From positions 18,724,001 to 18,788,000 of the forward strand of contig JBHGNT010000007.1 of the NCBI GenBank assembly GCA_043228905.1: 64,000 nucleotides of DNA, in the 5' to 3' direction. Position numbers and translations under genes: made by a program. This stretch comes from Azolla caroliniana (lineage: Eukaryota > Plantae > Polypodiophyta). Shown here piece after piece: positions 1-12,045 of the stretch. Under the pieces are notes generated by a model, which was given only the letters and a program-made list of their open reading frames with translations, was not told where the DNA came from and did no database searches. The first letter of the stretch is position 1; each line of letters begins with the position of its first letter.

Positions 1-1149
1 ATGACTATGAGTCTTCACATTCCCCAAGAGAGAGGGTGATTCTATATAAAGCACCCTCCTCATACTTCATACTAAGTCGGTTGTGACTCCTTGTTATGCT
101 AAATTTTGTAAATCTCATTCTACTTGTGAAATATACACCTTCTTCTTGAGTATTCTATTTTCCTATCATTTATCTATCTTGAGTTCTCTTTTCTCTCCAC
201 TCTTCTTCTCTCACACATATACACGCATAACACACATCTATTCCGCTACACAACAATCACCATTGATTCTTTACAGCTACCTTCGCCTCGTCGGACGTGG
301 CTACATATTCCGAGAAACCACATTGAAGGGCCCACAATAGAAACGTGAAGGGGCTTTCACAAGGTTCTCGATGAAATTTTTAGTATGTGAATCCAACCAC
401 TAAGAAAGAAGTTATGAAAGATTGACATATGTTTTTTTTTGGATTGTGAGAGCCAAAGACCGTACTCTATCGTCAGAATAATGTCTAATAGGAAAGGACA
501 AGTTCATAATTTTTCAGAAATCTTAAAACCTCGATTGCAATGTCAACATTGAGGAAATTTCCTTGAGTGCAACGTAGCATTTGAGTAAATTCCTTGCTCA
601 AGGAAACTTCCTCAAATGTCATGTGTAAGGGGGATTTCCTTGATTCGAGGAAAGTGCCCTTATGTTGAGGTAATCTCCTCAATTTGAGGAAAGCTCGTGA
701 CTCAAGTTAAGGAGTTTCTTCAAACCCAAGGAAAGCTTCCCTCGTACCTACTACTACTTCCATCATTGTCACACCGTGCTTGCACCTATTGCCACCACAA
801 TTGTCGTTATTGTTGTTGCCACTCATCATTGTACCTGTACTCACTATTGATGTCCATAGGTGATGTAAATTGGCGTCATGCCCCCCTTTTTTCCAATTTT
901 TTTTCACACTTCAAAAAAAAAACCATGACTTTCCCTAGAATACCCCGTTAAATATCCCTCAATTATTAATGACATACATGCACTTTACCTAAGATACATA
1001 CATATTTGTTTAAACACATCCACCTCGTACTTACATTCATTCATCCATACATACACATGTATACATCATAAATACACACATATATACATGCATGCATTCG
1101 TTCCTACATACAAGCAATAATTATGTAATTTAAACACACACACACACAC

Positions 1150-1760
1150 ACTTATGAGCAACCTCTGACCATATCTTGGGTTTGTGTTCTACAATAATGA
1201 CCATGAGCTGATTGACTTGTCACCATTCATGAACAATTACAACTCCCATTCACGCTTATTTATGGTGCAATCAATCCTAGTATACACACTAATCCTAATG
1301 TTGAAGCATGCGTCCATGGCCGACACTCGCTAGTTTTTTGCAACAAGATCGAACATGTTATAAGGAGCATGCATATGCATGTTCCTACCTCAAACTTGGA
1401 ATAAAGGCTGGCAAAAAGCTATTGTTAAAGCACAAAAAAATCAAGATAAAACGACCATGCAACAAGCTTAGTCATATGTGCATTGAACCATTCCGTATAA
1501 AGCATGTCATCAACCACATAGCTTATGAACTTCAACTACAACCCACCATGTTGTTGCACTATGTGTTCCACGTTTCATTACTAGAACTTGTTCACATCTC
1601 ACGGTTTCCTAGTTGTACACAACCCCACTCCCATATGTGGAAGTTGATGACCATGAATAGTAAGAAGATGAAGGTATACTAGGCACACATTGTTGCAATA
1701 CCTTGTCAAGTAGTTGGGCTACCCTAATTCAAATTGCACATGGTAGCCTACAATCAATAT
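1150..1760 (+). mobile_element. Degraded Ty3/Gypsy (chromovirus-like) integrase C-terminal remnant
   Basis: ORF 1308..1682 has the Tf2-type SH3-like signature KL...PFRI..VI..IAYELQL...LHYVFHVSLLE, followed out of frame by a broken chromodomain-like VK*LGYPNSNCTW*P; boundaries approximate. Confidence 0.65.
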
Positions 1761-2216
1761 CACCAATGAAATAGACACAGACACTATTTTCCATCAACAA
1801 TATCTAGGCAAGGCTACCCCCCCCCCCCCCCGAAGAAGCATGTCGTATGTCGTGGTCTCATACCATGAAGGGGCCACTCACCTACCACATCACTTATGTT
1901 TGTTGTAATTCCACATACCCATTTTAGGTATATAACCCACACCCATTTTGGTTCGTTCATTCTACTTGGAAATGAATATATATTACTATTTTTGTTCTAT
2001 TCTTGTTTCCTCTATATTCCTACATTTGTAACCCCATTGGATTGGTTGGAGGGGGGCACTAAGGGAAGAGCTTCTTAAAAATATGAGAAGTTTTCTGTTG
2101 GAATATTGGCGTGATGGGTGTGGGGAAAACATGCATGAGGTGAGGAAGTCAAGCAAAGGAAGCAAAACTTTTGGAATCAATGTGTCATTAGTGAGCCATC
2201 TCAACATCATTGGGCG

Positions 2217-2440
2217 TAGCAATGGGCACGGTTCGGTTCGATTTCTTTGCTTTGAAACTGAACCAAACCAAACCATTTATATAAAACAAAAACCAAACCA
2301 AATGTTTTATGAAATCTCAAGCCATTTAAACCAAACCGTTTAAGAAAAGGTAAACCAAACCCTAACTATTTAGGAAAAAGTTGAAACCAAACCGAACCAT
2401 TTAATAAAAAAATTAAACCGAACAAAACCATCCAATTTGA
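2217..2440. repeat. AAACC(G/A)-rich subterminal repeat block, probable end of a hAT-like DNA element
   Basis: Starts TAGCAATGGGCACGGTTCGGTT, then many AAACCA/AAACCG/GAACC units like the MITEs at 19600, 33857 and 57686; partner end not found. Confidence 0.4.
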
Positions 2441-4739
2441 GCATAGGAGTATTTTGGTAATTTAAAGTTTAAACACGCGATATACATGCAATGTATTTTG
2501 GTGGGTTCTCATTTTCCCCAAATTAAAGGGGGTTAGGAAGAACAAAAGGCACAATTTTAGAAGCTAGCCAACTTAGTTCAACATCTCACCTCATAGAAAG
2601 AAGTTCCTCGATGAATACACCTCTAATGTCAATAATTTTTTCTGTAGAGAGAGAGAAAGAGAGTTTAATATTGTCAATAGTAAACATTTTGTATATTTCC
2701 CTTTTTTTCTCTAATCTTCAAGAATTAGGCCCTTAATATAAAAGGATATTGTTGATCACAATACCTTCTACATCATCTTATTGGTAGCCGATGAAATAAT
2801 GAAGATATTGCTCTCATAGCTTATTGGTATTTCTGGTTTGACTATCAAACTGTGAATGATATCTCAAAGAGAGTTAACAAAAAAATTGGAGCTTGAGCAA
2901 GTTGTGGTACCAAATGTTCGAGACTGGACCACAATCACTAATGGTGATCTCTTAGTGAATTGATTTACCATTGTTGGAATGACATCAAAACTCTTGGAAG
3001 AAGGGAGATCAATAATGAAATGAACCAAGCCACTAAGTTTTGCATAACTTTGGAGGTTATTGATGTTTTGTTACCCTTAAAAGAAATGTGCTTTTAGCTC
3101 CTTGTGAATAATTCATATATTAAGTTTTGAAGCTAGTCATTTAGACCTCCAACCATAATACGCAATATGATAATGTTTTATACTTTTTCCATTTAATAAA
3201 TGATTTGAATTGAGCCTAAATGATATTATCATGTTACCATTAATCAACTATTGTCTAAAGTGGTATAACATTTGTCACGTTACTTATACTCGACATGGCA
3301 TCGTTGGCATCCACTTGCACTCTTTTATATAGTAGAAGATATCATCACAATACATTGAATTATATGTGATAGGAAAGGAGAGTGTGTTTGACTTTCTAGC
3401 CCATTGAAGGACAGGAATGTCTTTGTTTGTTTTGTGAGTAAAAGGAATATTGACTTGTATGAAGACTTTAGTTGAAATGGATAATGGACATTTCCATAAA
3501 ATTCTAAATAGAATAATCCAAAGGTCATGTATGAAAATTTATTTCATAAACATTCTTGAGTTGCCTTTTTCAAGAGTATGTTCAAACTAAATATTAAACT
3601 GAAATATTCTTGCATTCACATTAAAAGAGAATGCCGCAATAAAAAGACGATAGATTGTGTTCCCATGTTATGGTTTCAAATCCACAATAATATGCTATTG
3701 TAATATAGTGTTGAGATAAGTCCCACCATAAATAGAACAAGTAGTGCTATCTTGACGTGGAGACTTTCACAAAATTATTGTCGGGTTTATGAACTTGTTG
3801 GTGCATGGGAATGGATACATGGTGGCATCAAAGAGACCCTCACCAATTCCCTAGAATCATATGGTTGTATGGACAAGGAAATGTAATTTAGTAAAAATTC
3901 AACATTCTAAATATCTTGAGTTGATACTCAAAGTTGTCGGTATTGTAGGCACATCAAACATAAACATGTATTAGTGAATGACTATGATCCAAAAGTGTAA
4001 AGGAATCATGGAACTCCAAATGATATAACATAGATTAAATGGGGATTAGAGAAAAAGGCAATATTTGCATTAGCCTTTAACACACCAAATACAATGAAGA
4101 ATAATGGACTATTGTGTTGATATCTCCTTTCATTGCTATTTGCAATTGATATTTCAATTGGAACATTGTGAACGCTATTGTTTATTATTTACCCAATTCC
4201 ATGAAACTATGCATAGTTTATCAATGTGTAGATTTGATCTCAACACTCTACACAACACAAATATGATACATATAATTTGTTTAAATCATTGGGCCCAATG
4301 TATATCCTTGAGTGTCTTACATTAGTGAGTTGATACAATGAGAATTGGGATACATATAAATTTATAATTTATAACGTGAAATTGACATGTTGTCATACAT
4401 TGTAAACTATGAGGGGTCTTTGCATAGTACAAAGTATAATTCTATTTCTTTAAGATTTGTTATTGATAAGACGACAACATTCGATTGACATTTTAAACCA
4501 ATTTGTGAGTCGTGACATTTGTCATTGTTCCTTTGACACATAGTTGTTAAAAAACGCGTATTCCATGTTTATAATATGTTTAAAAATACTTTGAAGTATT
4601 CAGCACGTATTCTACTTTTTAGAACTTCCATTCTATAAATTTTCACATATTCTACGTATCCTATGTATTTAAAAATTCAAAAAAGTTTTAAAATTTATTT
4701 TTTTTTAAACTTTAAAATTTAAGAAGTATTTTTTTTTCC

Positions 4740-5662
4740 AAAAAGATTTCCTTCATTAGTATTAAGAAAAAACGTCCTAAGGCTACAAACCGTACAATTA
4801 GAGAGTGTTATATACAAAAATGATAATCAGGGGAAGGGCCAAGGATGATGATATTTCCAGATTGGTCCTTGAGAGGAGACCATGAATAGAGGCAACTTCC
4901 TCCATAACTGCAATAATTTTTTCCTTTTCTTAAGAACAACCTCCGAAGGGCCCGCCATATCGTCATATTGCCCACGAACTACCGCCAATAAGTTGTCCCA
5001 TAATTCTAGCAATATATCTAAGAGAAGGGGAATTATGGAATCATATCGTCTTTTACACCGATACTTCCATAAGGTCCATAATGTAACTGTGGATATTGTT
5101 TTCCATACATGGGCTACACGCATTTGCTTTCGAGGTTGTTGAAAAATATTAGATGCATGTTGATGACTGTCTTAGCCTCTAGAGCATCATCTGCCTCATA
5201 CAATAAGAGACTAGAATGGAGAACCTCCCATACCGTTGATCCCCAGGAGAATAGGCAACCTGCATTAATTGTTAGGAATAAAGAAAGAACTTTATTCCAT
5301 ACCTGTTCGGCTAGTGAACAAGACTAGAGAGCATGCTTGGTAGTTTCCTACAAGTCACCATGTTGAGAGATCAAGCTCAACTTAGTTTAGTTAGTTAGTC
5401 AACCATGTAACTTCGTAGTTACCTAGATAGAATCTATTTAGAAGTGTTGACTATAACGCCTTAAATAGGACCTTGTACTTAAGTAGATTCTCCACTCCTA
5501 AGTACATTTAATATAGGACTTACACATTAGTACCTATATTCTACTCACACATGTGCACCTTTGCACATGAGATGTATATATACCTCATTGTGGGTATTTT
5601 TGTATTTGATGATGTTAATGCTAATTTAATATACTTACTCATTCCCCATCTTGTGTTGTTCA

Positions 5663-5698
<36 letters not shown>

Positions 5699-7045
5699 TC
5701 TCACACACATATCACTTAATCTTCCGCTTATCACTTAATCACATAATTAGGTACTAATTAACCCTTGCTTAATTACTTACCTAACTTTTAACACGCCACA
5801 ATAACTACATTGTCTAAACACGGGTGTCACGTTTCCTTTGAAAGATTGACCTACTAGTAGTGCTGCATGTAGTAAAAGCCATCTAAAGAGAGTGTATTTT
5901 GTTGGTCCCCTAAAAGACCAAATCCATTTCCAATAAGCCTTCAAATGATTGCTTGATACACCCCACTTATTCCAGTGCTTTTGAGCCAAAAGAGTTGGAA
6001 TATTCTTAGACATGAGTAAGGTTCTACCAAATTTCACAGTATACTGAAAGAACGGAACTTTTTGCATTGGATCCATCATGGGACTAGTCCAAGACCATCC
6101 CCCTGGGTCCCACATTAGCCTATTAATTGGATGTCATGCATATAACCAAAGCATATCCGACAAATGGGCTATTGACGGTTGTGGATCCAAACGCATTTCT
6201 TACCATTTTTGGCAATCACCCTAACTGGAACAATAAGCAGGTTTTGTAACAAATTATCAAAGGGTGTATAAGGTTGCAATTTATTATCCTGTTGAATATG
6301 GAAATAAAAATTACACCTGTCTATAGAAATTCCTTTAACAAAGAGCATCATGTCATTTGTAAGGCAACCAAACCACATATGCTCCTACATTGGCTGAAGT
6401 CACAATGAGACATGAGAGAAGGCTATTGACATATCGATTGTCATGAGAGAAGGCTATTGACCCATTGTCAAGTTTTCCTCATGCAAGACGAGGTCTAAGG
6501 CCCAATACATTTCCAATAGAATCCCGAACAAGAGAATTAGCCAAAAGCGGTTTATTCATCCAACCATCCCATGTGTTAGGCATCTCCTTGCGTAAAAAAA
6601 TCTTGATTGCATCCCATGCTCTGTCGATCCCTAGTAGAAATCTATTGGATATTAGATTTTGTCTCGGTGTCTAAATATCTGTCAAGAACATCCATTTCAA
6701 AGACGACAACCAGTTTCCTCCCGTCTTGGGATTTAATTGCATCAGCTAATTAAGCAGCATACCCTTCCATGCCTCTATCCCTGGCAACAGTCCTCTGACT
6801 GCAAATTTGTCAAGAGAGCTCGAGATTGTATCAAGGGATCTATTAGAGCCAACCCTCCCCGACTTTTTGGCCTAATCAAAACATCCCATGCCACCTTGGC
6901 CACTACACGAGATCCATTTTTTCCACCCCAAAGGAAGTTACATATGAGGTTTTGAACTTTCATGATTGCGGACCTAGAGAACAACCAAGCAGATGCGATA
7001 AACCACATTGAGGCCAACATCACCGAATTTGCAATGACAACCCGA
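4740..7045 (-). mobile_element. 5'-truncated L1-like LINE (RT C-terminus and zf-RVT region), interrupted by a solo LTR
   Basis: Minus-strand fragments NFLWGG...KVAWDVLIRPKSRGGLAL, WKWIWS..GPTKYTLFRWLLLH, CSYCG/ET.KHAL..C..A.QVW and TLWTLWKYRC; several stops and frameshifts; T-run near 4730 may be the poly-A tail. Confidence 0.8.
5361..5793. mobile_element. Solo LTR, family 1 (TGTTGAGAGATCAAGCTC...TAACA)
   Basis: TG...CA ends; near-TSD CACCA (5356-5360) / CGCCA (5794-5798); splits the LINE zinc-finger coding region; homologous to copies at 45304, 46693 and 56349. Confidence 0.85.
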
Positions 7046-7605
7046 AATAAATAAATAAATAAGTATTTAACATATTTTACATGTATTTTAAGTATTCCAC
7101 ACATATTATAATATATTTAAAGTATTCTAAATATTTTATCTATAAATTACGTATTCTAAGTATGTTAAAAAAAGGTAGAATACTTTTTGAATAATTAGCA
7201 TACCAATTCTACATGTATGGTATGCCAAGTATTCTACAACAATGCTTTGACATTTCATGAAGGAAGAAAAGATGGTCCTAGAAACTATGGGGTGAATTGT
7301 TGTTTGTCTAGTTTACTATTGTTGCACATGATATATGGATACAAAAATTACATACTATAGGACTCAAGTCTAGATAAATAAGTCAATCTTGTGGAAAATT
7401 TTAACCATTTTGGCATCGAAGACAATGTGAATGATGTTATTATTATTTTTCTTTTTCATTGGGGTAATAGCTAAATCTCTCCTACAACGAAGTAAACTTT
7501 GCTTTTGCCTTATACTAAATATTTAGTTTTGGTTAGAAACTAATGACATTACTAGTGGGAACCTAACTAAACCCATCATTACCTCTCTCACTCTCATTGT
7601 AATAC

Positions 7606-7800
7606 TAGAGAGAGAGAGAGGGAGGGAATGTTCCACTATCCATTTAGTTAGTGGGTGACACCCATTGTGAGTACGTTTCACACACATTTATTAATATAAT
7701 TGTACTACTAGAGAGAGAGAGAGAATGTTCCACTATCCATTTAGTTAGTGGGTGATACCCATTGTGAGTACTTTTCACACACATTTATTAATATAATTGT
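7606..7800. repeat. Tandem duplication, ~100-bp unit x2
   Basis: (GA)n-GAATGTTCCACTATCCATTTAGTTAGTGGGTGA...CACACATTTATTAATATAATTGT occurs twice in tandem. Confidence 0.85.
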
Positions 7801-7959
7801 GTGTTTTCACCAAAAAAGAAAAGGAGAGAGAGAGAGAGAGGTCCTTTGATGATCTACACTTGAAGAACGAACACAAAGGTAGATATACTTTATCCTTGTC
7901 AATGGAATTCAAATATGGGCAATGGATCTTGAAATGTAGTAGTGGGTTTTGGGCAAGGA

Positions 7960-9375
7960 ATTGTCATGTACAATAAGCTTTACTTGTGAACATTGCGATC
8001 AAGAGTGCACATTGTGACCTGTGATGGAACTGTGTGTAGGAATAGGACACGATCAGGAACATGTGCAAATTGAGGGAGAGACCCATTACAAGGTGGTTTG
8101 ACAGGAGGTCTTGGGGACATGCATTCGGCGTCTTACTAAGTTCCTTTAGTAGCAACATCATCCACTAGGAGGTTCTTTATTTGTTATGTATAAACGTTGT
8201 CTAAGGATGAACCTATCACGAATCATGTTTGGAGCTAGCTGCGAATGTGAGAACCTAGTGGTGCATATAGAGGTAGATAGATATATAGATTTTATTATCA
8301 TCTTCAAAGGTAAAATATGACCTATGAGACAAAAAATATTACATTTCACGTAATACATGTAAAAGTGAGTAGCAACTCTCAATGTTCAAGAACTTTATCA
8401 ATGAATGTTGCAATCAAGAGTGCACATTGTGGTTGTGAGAGGACTTCATGCAAGGATTGGGTTTGGTCGAAGATGTGTGGAAACCATAGTCGAATATGAT
8501 AAAAGGTAGAGCATTGTGTCAAAAGTGTGATACTCCGACTTTCGAACTTATCACTTGTGCCCCAACACCCCATTTGACATCGCAATGCATGTGAGTTAAG
8601 TCGCATAGAAGTAATGGTTTGGATGGCAGACAACATGATGGGCTCTAACATGTATGGATGTGTATTGTTTCACCGTTTAGAGAAGAATATGGTTTTGTAC
8701 TTAGGTGTAACATGTGTAGTATAATGTGTGAAGCGTGAGCCTACACATTTTCCCCATGTCATGATATATTGCCATTGCAAAAAGGCCTCATTTATAGATG
8801 AATCTAGTTATGCATCATGAAACAAGTGTGTTGTGACCCATCCACCAAACCATTTTTCAATGTCTTGCATCCAAGTTTCCAACCGAAACACAAAAAATTG
8901 CTTTTGTGCGTCTTTTGGATCTCTTTTCTTGTGTCCCATGCGATTCTAGGAGGTCGATGTGGGGGACTTTGTTTGACCTTAACCATGTATTCAATAACCT
9001 TTTCCATAGCCATGATCTCAATGGGAAGTGATCTCATCTCAAGTAGGAGGGTGTATGGCGTTTGTTTATTAACTTGTAGAAACCTTATAAGACAAATGTT
9101 TTTGGACGTTTTCAAACTCTTTCCGAGTAGAGTTAGGCATGCAACCATCCCATACTTTCATCCCATAGAGAAGCATTAGTGTCACCAAAGTGTTGAAAAT
9201 TTTCTTGAGGATCGAAACACTTAATTTCTCCATGATTGCATGTGTTCTCAAGTGCATAATATGCTCTCTTTCCTACCTCTAAGCCATTCATTGTATCTAT
9301 GACTTGAAGGAACTTCAAGGCCAAGACATTTGAAGCTTTCCACATATTCAAGTGGTTGCTCATTATACATAATGC
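7960..9375 (-). mobile_element. Older degraded RTE/RTEX-like LINE 3' fragment(s)
   Basis: Clear nucleotide and protein similarity to the LINE at 39003-40985 (shared ATATGACCTATGAGAC..AAAATATTACATTTCACG 3' end; SHALR..GxWGTSD); 7960-8160 is a further partial copy. Confidence 0.85.
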
Positions 9376-9820
9376 AGTGAGAGAGAGAGAGAGAGAGAGA
9401 GATGGAGTTAGCTTAGTTAGTAAGGTTTCCCAATGAAGAGAGAGATAGAGGAGATTATTAAGTTGTAACAAGTGGGGTTTACATGCAATCAATACAATTG
9501 TGTGCTTTTACCAAAAACAAAGAGCGAGAGCCGTGCTCTTGGACGCAGACATGCCTACAAAAAACAAAGTATTCAACATCGGGACAAAGACATATCCAAT
9601 ATTTCTTATCAAGAAAGCCTACCCACTTATTTCTTATAAGGGAATAACATTTCCTTTTTCTAATTGAGGTTAAAACCTGGCAAATCCTCACCCGAGTGTT
9701 TGCTCCCAGATCAAACAACTCATGTGTAGAGATTGAAGGCTTCTTATTTATGGAAGGATTCTACTAGATTTGGGTCCCTTTTTAAGTAGGATTTTGTTTA
9801 TGGATATCTCTCTCCTAAGC

Positions 9821-10165
9821 CTACGCCCATGTCTACATCTAAACCTATGTCCACATCTACGCCTACGCTACGTCTACACCTATGTCCACATCGACGCCTG
9901 CGTCTACATCTACGCCTACATCTATGTCTACGTCTGGAGAGTGTCTGGAGAGTTTCCATCACATTGAGCTCATATGTGAGTAAGAAAGAAACCATGGCTT
10001 CTTACAATACAAAAAGACAAGGTAACCCACTTTACACCCCCCTAATCACATACAAAAAAAAAACAGAGCAACCCACTTTACACCCCAAATCTCCAATCAT
10101 ATACAAAAAAAAACAGAGTAACCCACTTTACCCCCCCCCCTTAATCATATACAAAAAACAGAGGA
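9821..10165. repeat. Hexamer microsatellite (TCTACA/CCTACG, 9821-9935) and ~50-bp tandem repeats (CAAAAAAAAACAGAG.AACCCACTTTAC.CCCC, ~10008-10165)
   Basis: Read directly; these repeats account for the RLHL and YKKK...P repeats at the N-terminus of the 738-aa ORF. Confidence 0.8.
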
Positions 10166-12045
10166 AACAGGAACAGAGGAGGCCCCCAGGAGCCTACCTA
10201 TTATTAACAGAGGAGGAGGAGGAGGAGGAGGAGAAGGAGATGGGCGATGGCAAGGACAACAGCTACCTCAGGTCTGTGTGTCAAGAGCCCTCCAACCTAT
10301 ACATCTTCGTTGTTGCCCTAAGGTCATTCTTTCTTGTTCTAACAACGCACCTACTAGCAGGAGAGGTCACAACATCTTCTTCATCGGTGTCTTCATCGCT
10401 GCCACCGCCATCACCGCAAATTCTCACCAAGCTCTCATGGACTCTGAGGTATTTCAACCCACTTAACCTTTCATGGCGCTATTACTCCATTCTCGCATAT
10501 CGCTCCATAGCTAAAGATTGGGGCACTAAGCAACTAGCCATGATCAACTATGAACAACACCCTTTTGACCCGCCTTTACCTTACATCTATGGAGAGTCCC
10601 TTGTTCATGATCTGAGTGTTCCGAGACTGGAAATGAGCGGGGTTTTTAGCTCTCAAGGCCTTCTCACACTTTCATGTGCTTACCAAGGCGTGTTAGCGAT
10701 GCAATATTCCATCTCCACTGAAGGTATACCTTACTTGCCGAATGTTACGGTTCCGCTTGCCATCATGGGCTTGTTTAGAGTGTTGATCTCTAAATGGGTC
10801 GCAAGTAAAATTCATGTCGAGCCATATCCTTACCCTGTTCCTGAGGGATCATTCGCACCCTCGCAATCACATGATTGGTTGAGGGTATTGCGTGGTCGCT
10901 TTTCAAGGGCTAATAACTCTGAATTGACGAGATGGCCCATGTCATCCATGACATCTTCACTGTTGTCGTCCTTCCGAATGAAATCATCAGTTTCATCGTC
11001 ATCATCGTCATTGGCATTGTCTTCATCCTCATCCTCATCCTCATCTTTGTTGTTATTACCATCATCTTCCTCATCATTCTCATCCTCATCCTCATCTTCA
11101 TCTTCATCTTCATCATCATCGTCAACTTCATCTTCATCTTCATCCTCGTCATGCTCAACTTCATATTCATCGTTGTGGTCATCGTCATCAACATCAACAT
11201 CTTCGATACCATTATCCTCGGTGCCATCAAACAAGTATATTCGATCACTCTCCTTATCTTACATGTCTCAACAAGCAACATCATCCACATCTTCATCCTC
11301 ACACATATTACAATCTAGCTCCACATCATCATCATCAGAGTCGAAAATATTCATACCGTCAAGCCCGATTGCTCATCTTGACTCTGAACAACAAAAGCAA
11401 CTAGATTCCATTTCTTCAAGCCTGTTTACAATGCCCTCTAACTCTCCATTAACACCATCCTGGACACAAGATAGAATACAACAACCATGTCCTGGATCAT
11501 TGTCAAGATCATCATTAAGTAGATCATTCTCATTCACGTCATTCTCTCCTACAAATGGACAGAGGTTCTCATCACTAACACCATCCATGAGCCCAACACC
11601 ATTACAATTAAAGTTGAGAACACCAAATCACACTAGATATTATAAGCAAGATAACTCTCCAGATCAATCTTCATCTTCAATGCAAAACCTTCCATACAAT
11701 GGTTACAGGTCTAACAAATATGTGGTATGTGCATGGTTCATGGTTTTACTTAGCCTCGTCACAGTCTCTTTCTTACCTTACAAGGTACAGAAGGCATATG
11801 CGTACCCAATAAAATTGTTACCGTTTTCAATGCAACTGTTCTACCAATATATCGCTGTAACAGAGTTATTTTTCCATGGTTATCTATTGTCTAAGGGGCC
11901 CCGAGCATTGGCAAACAGAGTCATGTTTTTCGATCACTGGACATTCAAGCTACAAACCATTGGCTTCTATTTACTCCTAGCTGTTGTGTTGGTAGTCTCT
12001 ATCATTGATTTTATAAAGCAAGGCTTTTATCGGAAATGTTTCTAG
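9829..12045 (+). CDS. Intronless orphan multi-pass membrane protein with a long poly-Ser insert; true start probably ATG 9994 or 10240
   Basis: 738-aa ORF; hydrophobic segments before (LYIFVVALRSFFLVL, VPLAIMGLFRVLI) and after (YVVCAWFMVLLSLVTVSFL, IGFYLLLAVVLVVSII) a ~250-aa Ser-rich region; family not securely recognised. Confidence 0.65.
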   Translation: MSTSKPMSTSTPTLRLHLCPHRRLRLHLRLHLCLRLESVWRVSITLSSYVSKKETMASYNTKRQGNPLYTPLITYKKKTEQPTLHPKSPIIYKKKQSNPLYPPPLIIYKKQRKQEQRRPPGAYLLLTEEEEEEEEKEMGDGKDNSYLRSVCQEPSNLYIFVVALRSFFLVLTTHLLAGEVTTSSSSVSSSLPPPSPQILTKLSWTLRYFNPLNLSWRYYSILAYRSIAKDWGTKQLAMINYEQHPFDPPLPYIYGESLVHDLSVPRLEMSGVFSSQGLLTLSCAYQGVLAMQYSISTEGIPYLPNVTVPLAIMGLFRVLISKWVASKIHVEPYPYPVPEGSFAPSQSHDWLRVLRGRFSRANNSELTRWPMSSMTSSLLSSFRMKSSVSSSSSSLALSSSSSSSSSLLLLPSSSSSFSSSSSSSSSSSSSSSTSSSSSSSSCSTSYSSLWSSSSTSTSSIPLSSVPSNKYIRSLSLSYMSQQATSSTSSSSHILQSSSTSSSSESKIFIPSSPIAHLDSEQQKQLDSISSSLFTMPSNSPLTPSWTQDRIQQPCPGSLSRSSLSRSFSFTSFSPTNGQRFSSLTPSMSPTPLQLKLRTPNHTRYYKQDNSPDQSSSSMQNLPYNGYRSNKYVVCAWFMVLLSLVTVSFLPYKVQKAYAYPIKLLPFSMQLFYQYIAVTELFFHGYLLSKGPRALANRVMFFDHWTFKLQTIGFYLLLAVVLVVSIIDFIKQGFYRKCF

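Noticed and set aside
2540-4400. Possible decayed hAT transposase following the AAACC-rich end
   Set aside because: No convincing transposase motif or matching second TIR could be read; needs a TBLASTN/Dfam search
10830-11318. Poly-Asp/Glu, poly-Met and poly-Ile ORFs
   Set aside because: Alternative-frame or antisense shadows of the TCA/TCT trinucleotide tract in the 738-aa ORF
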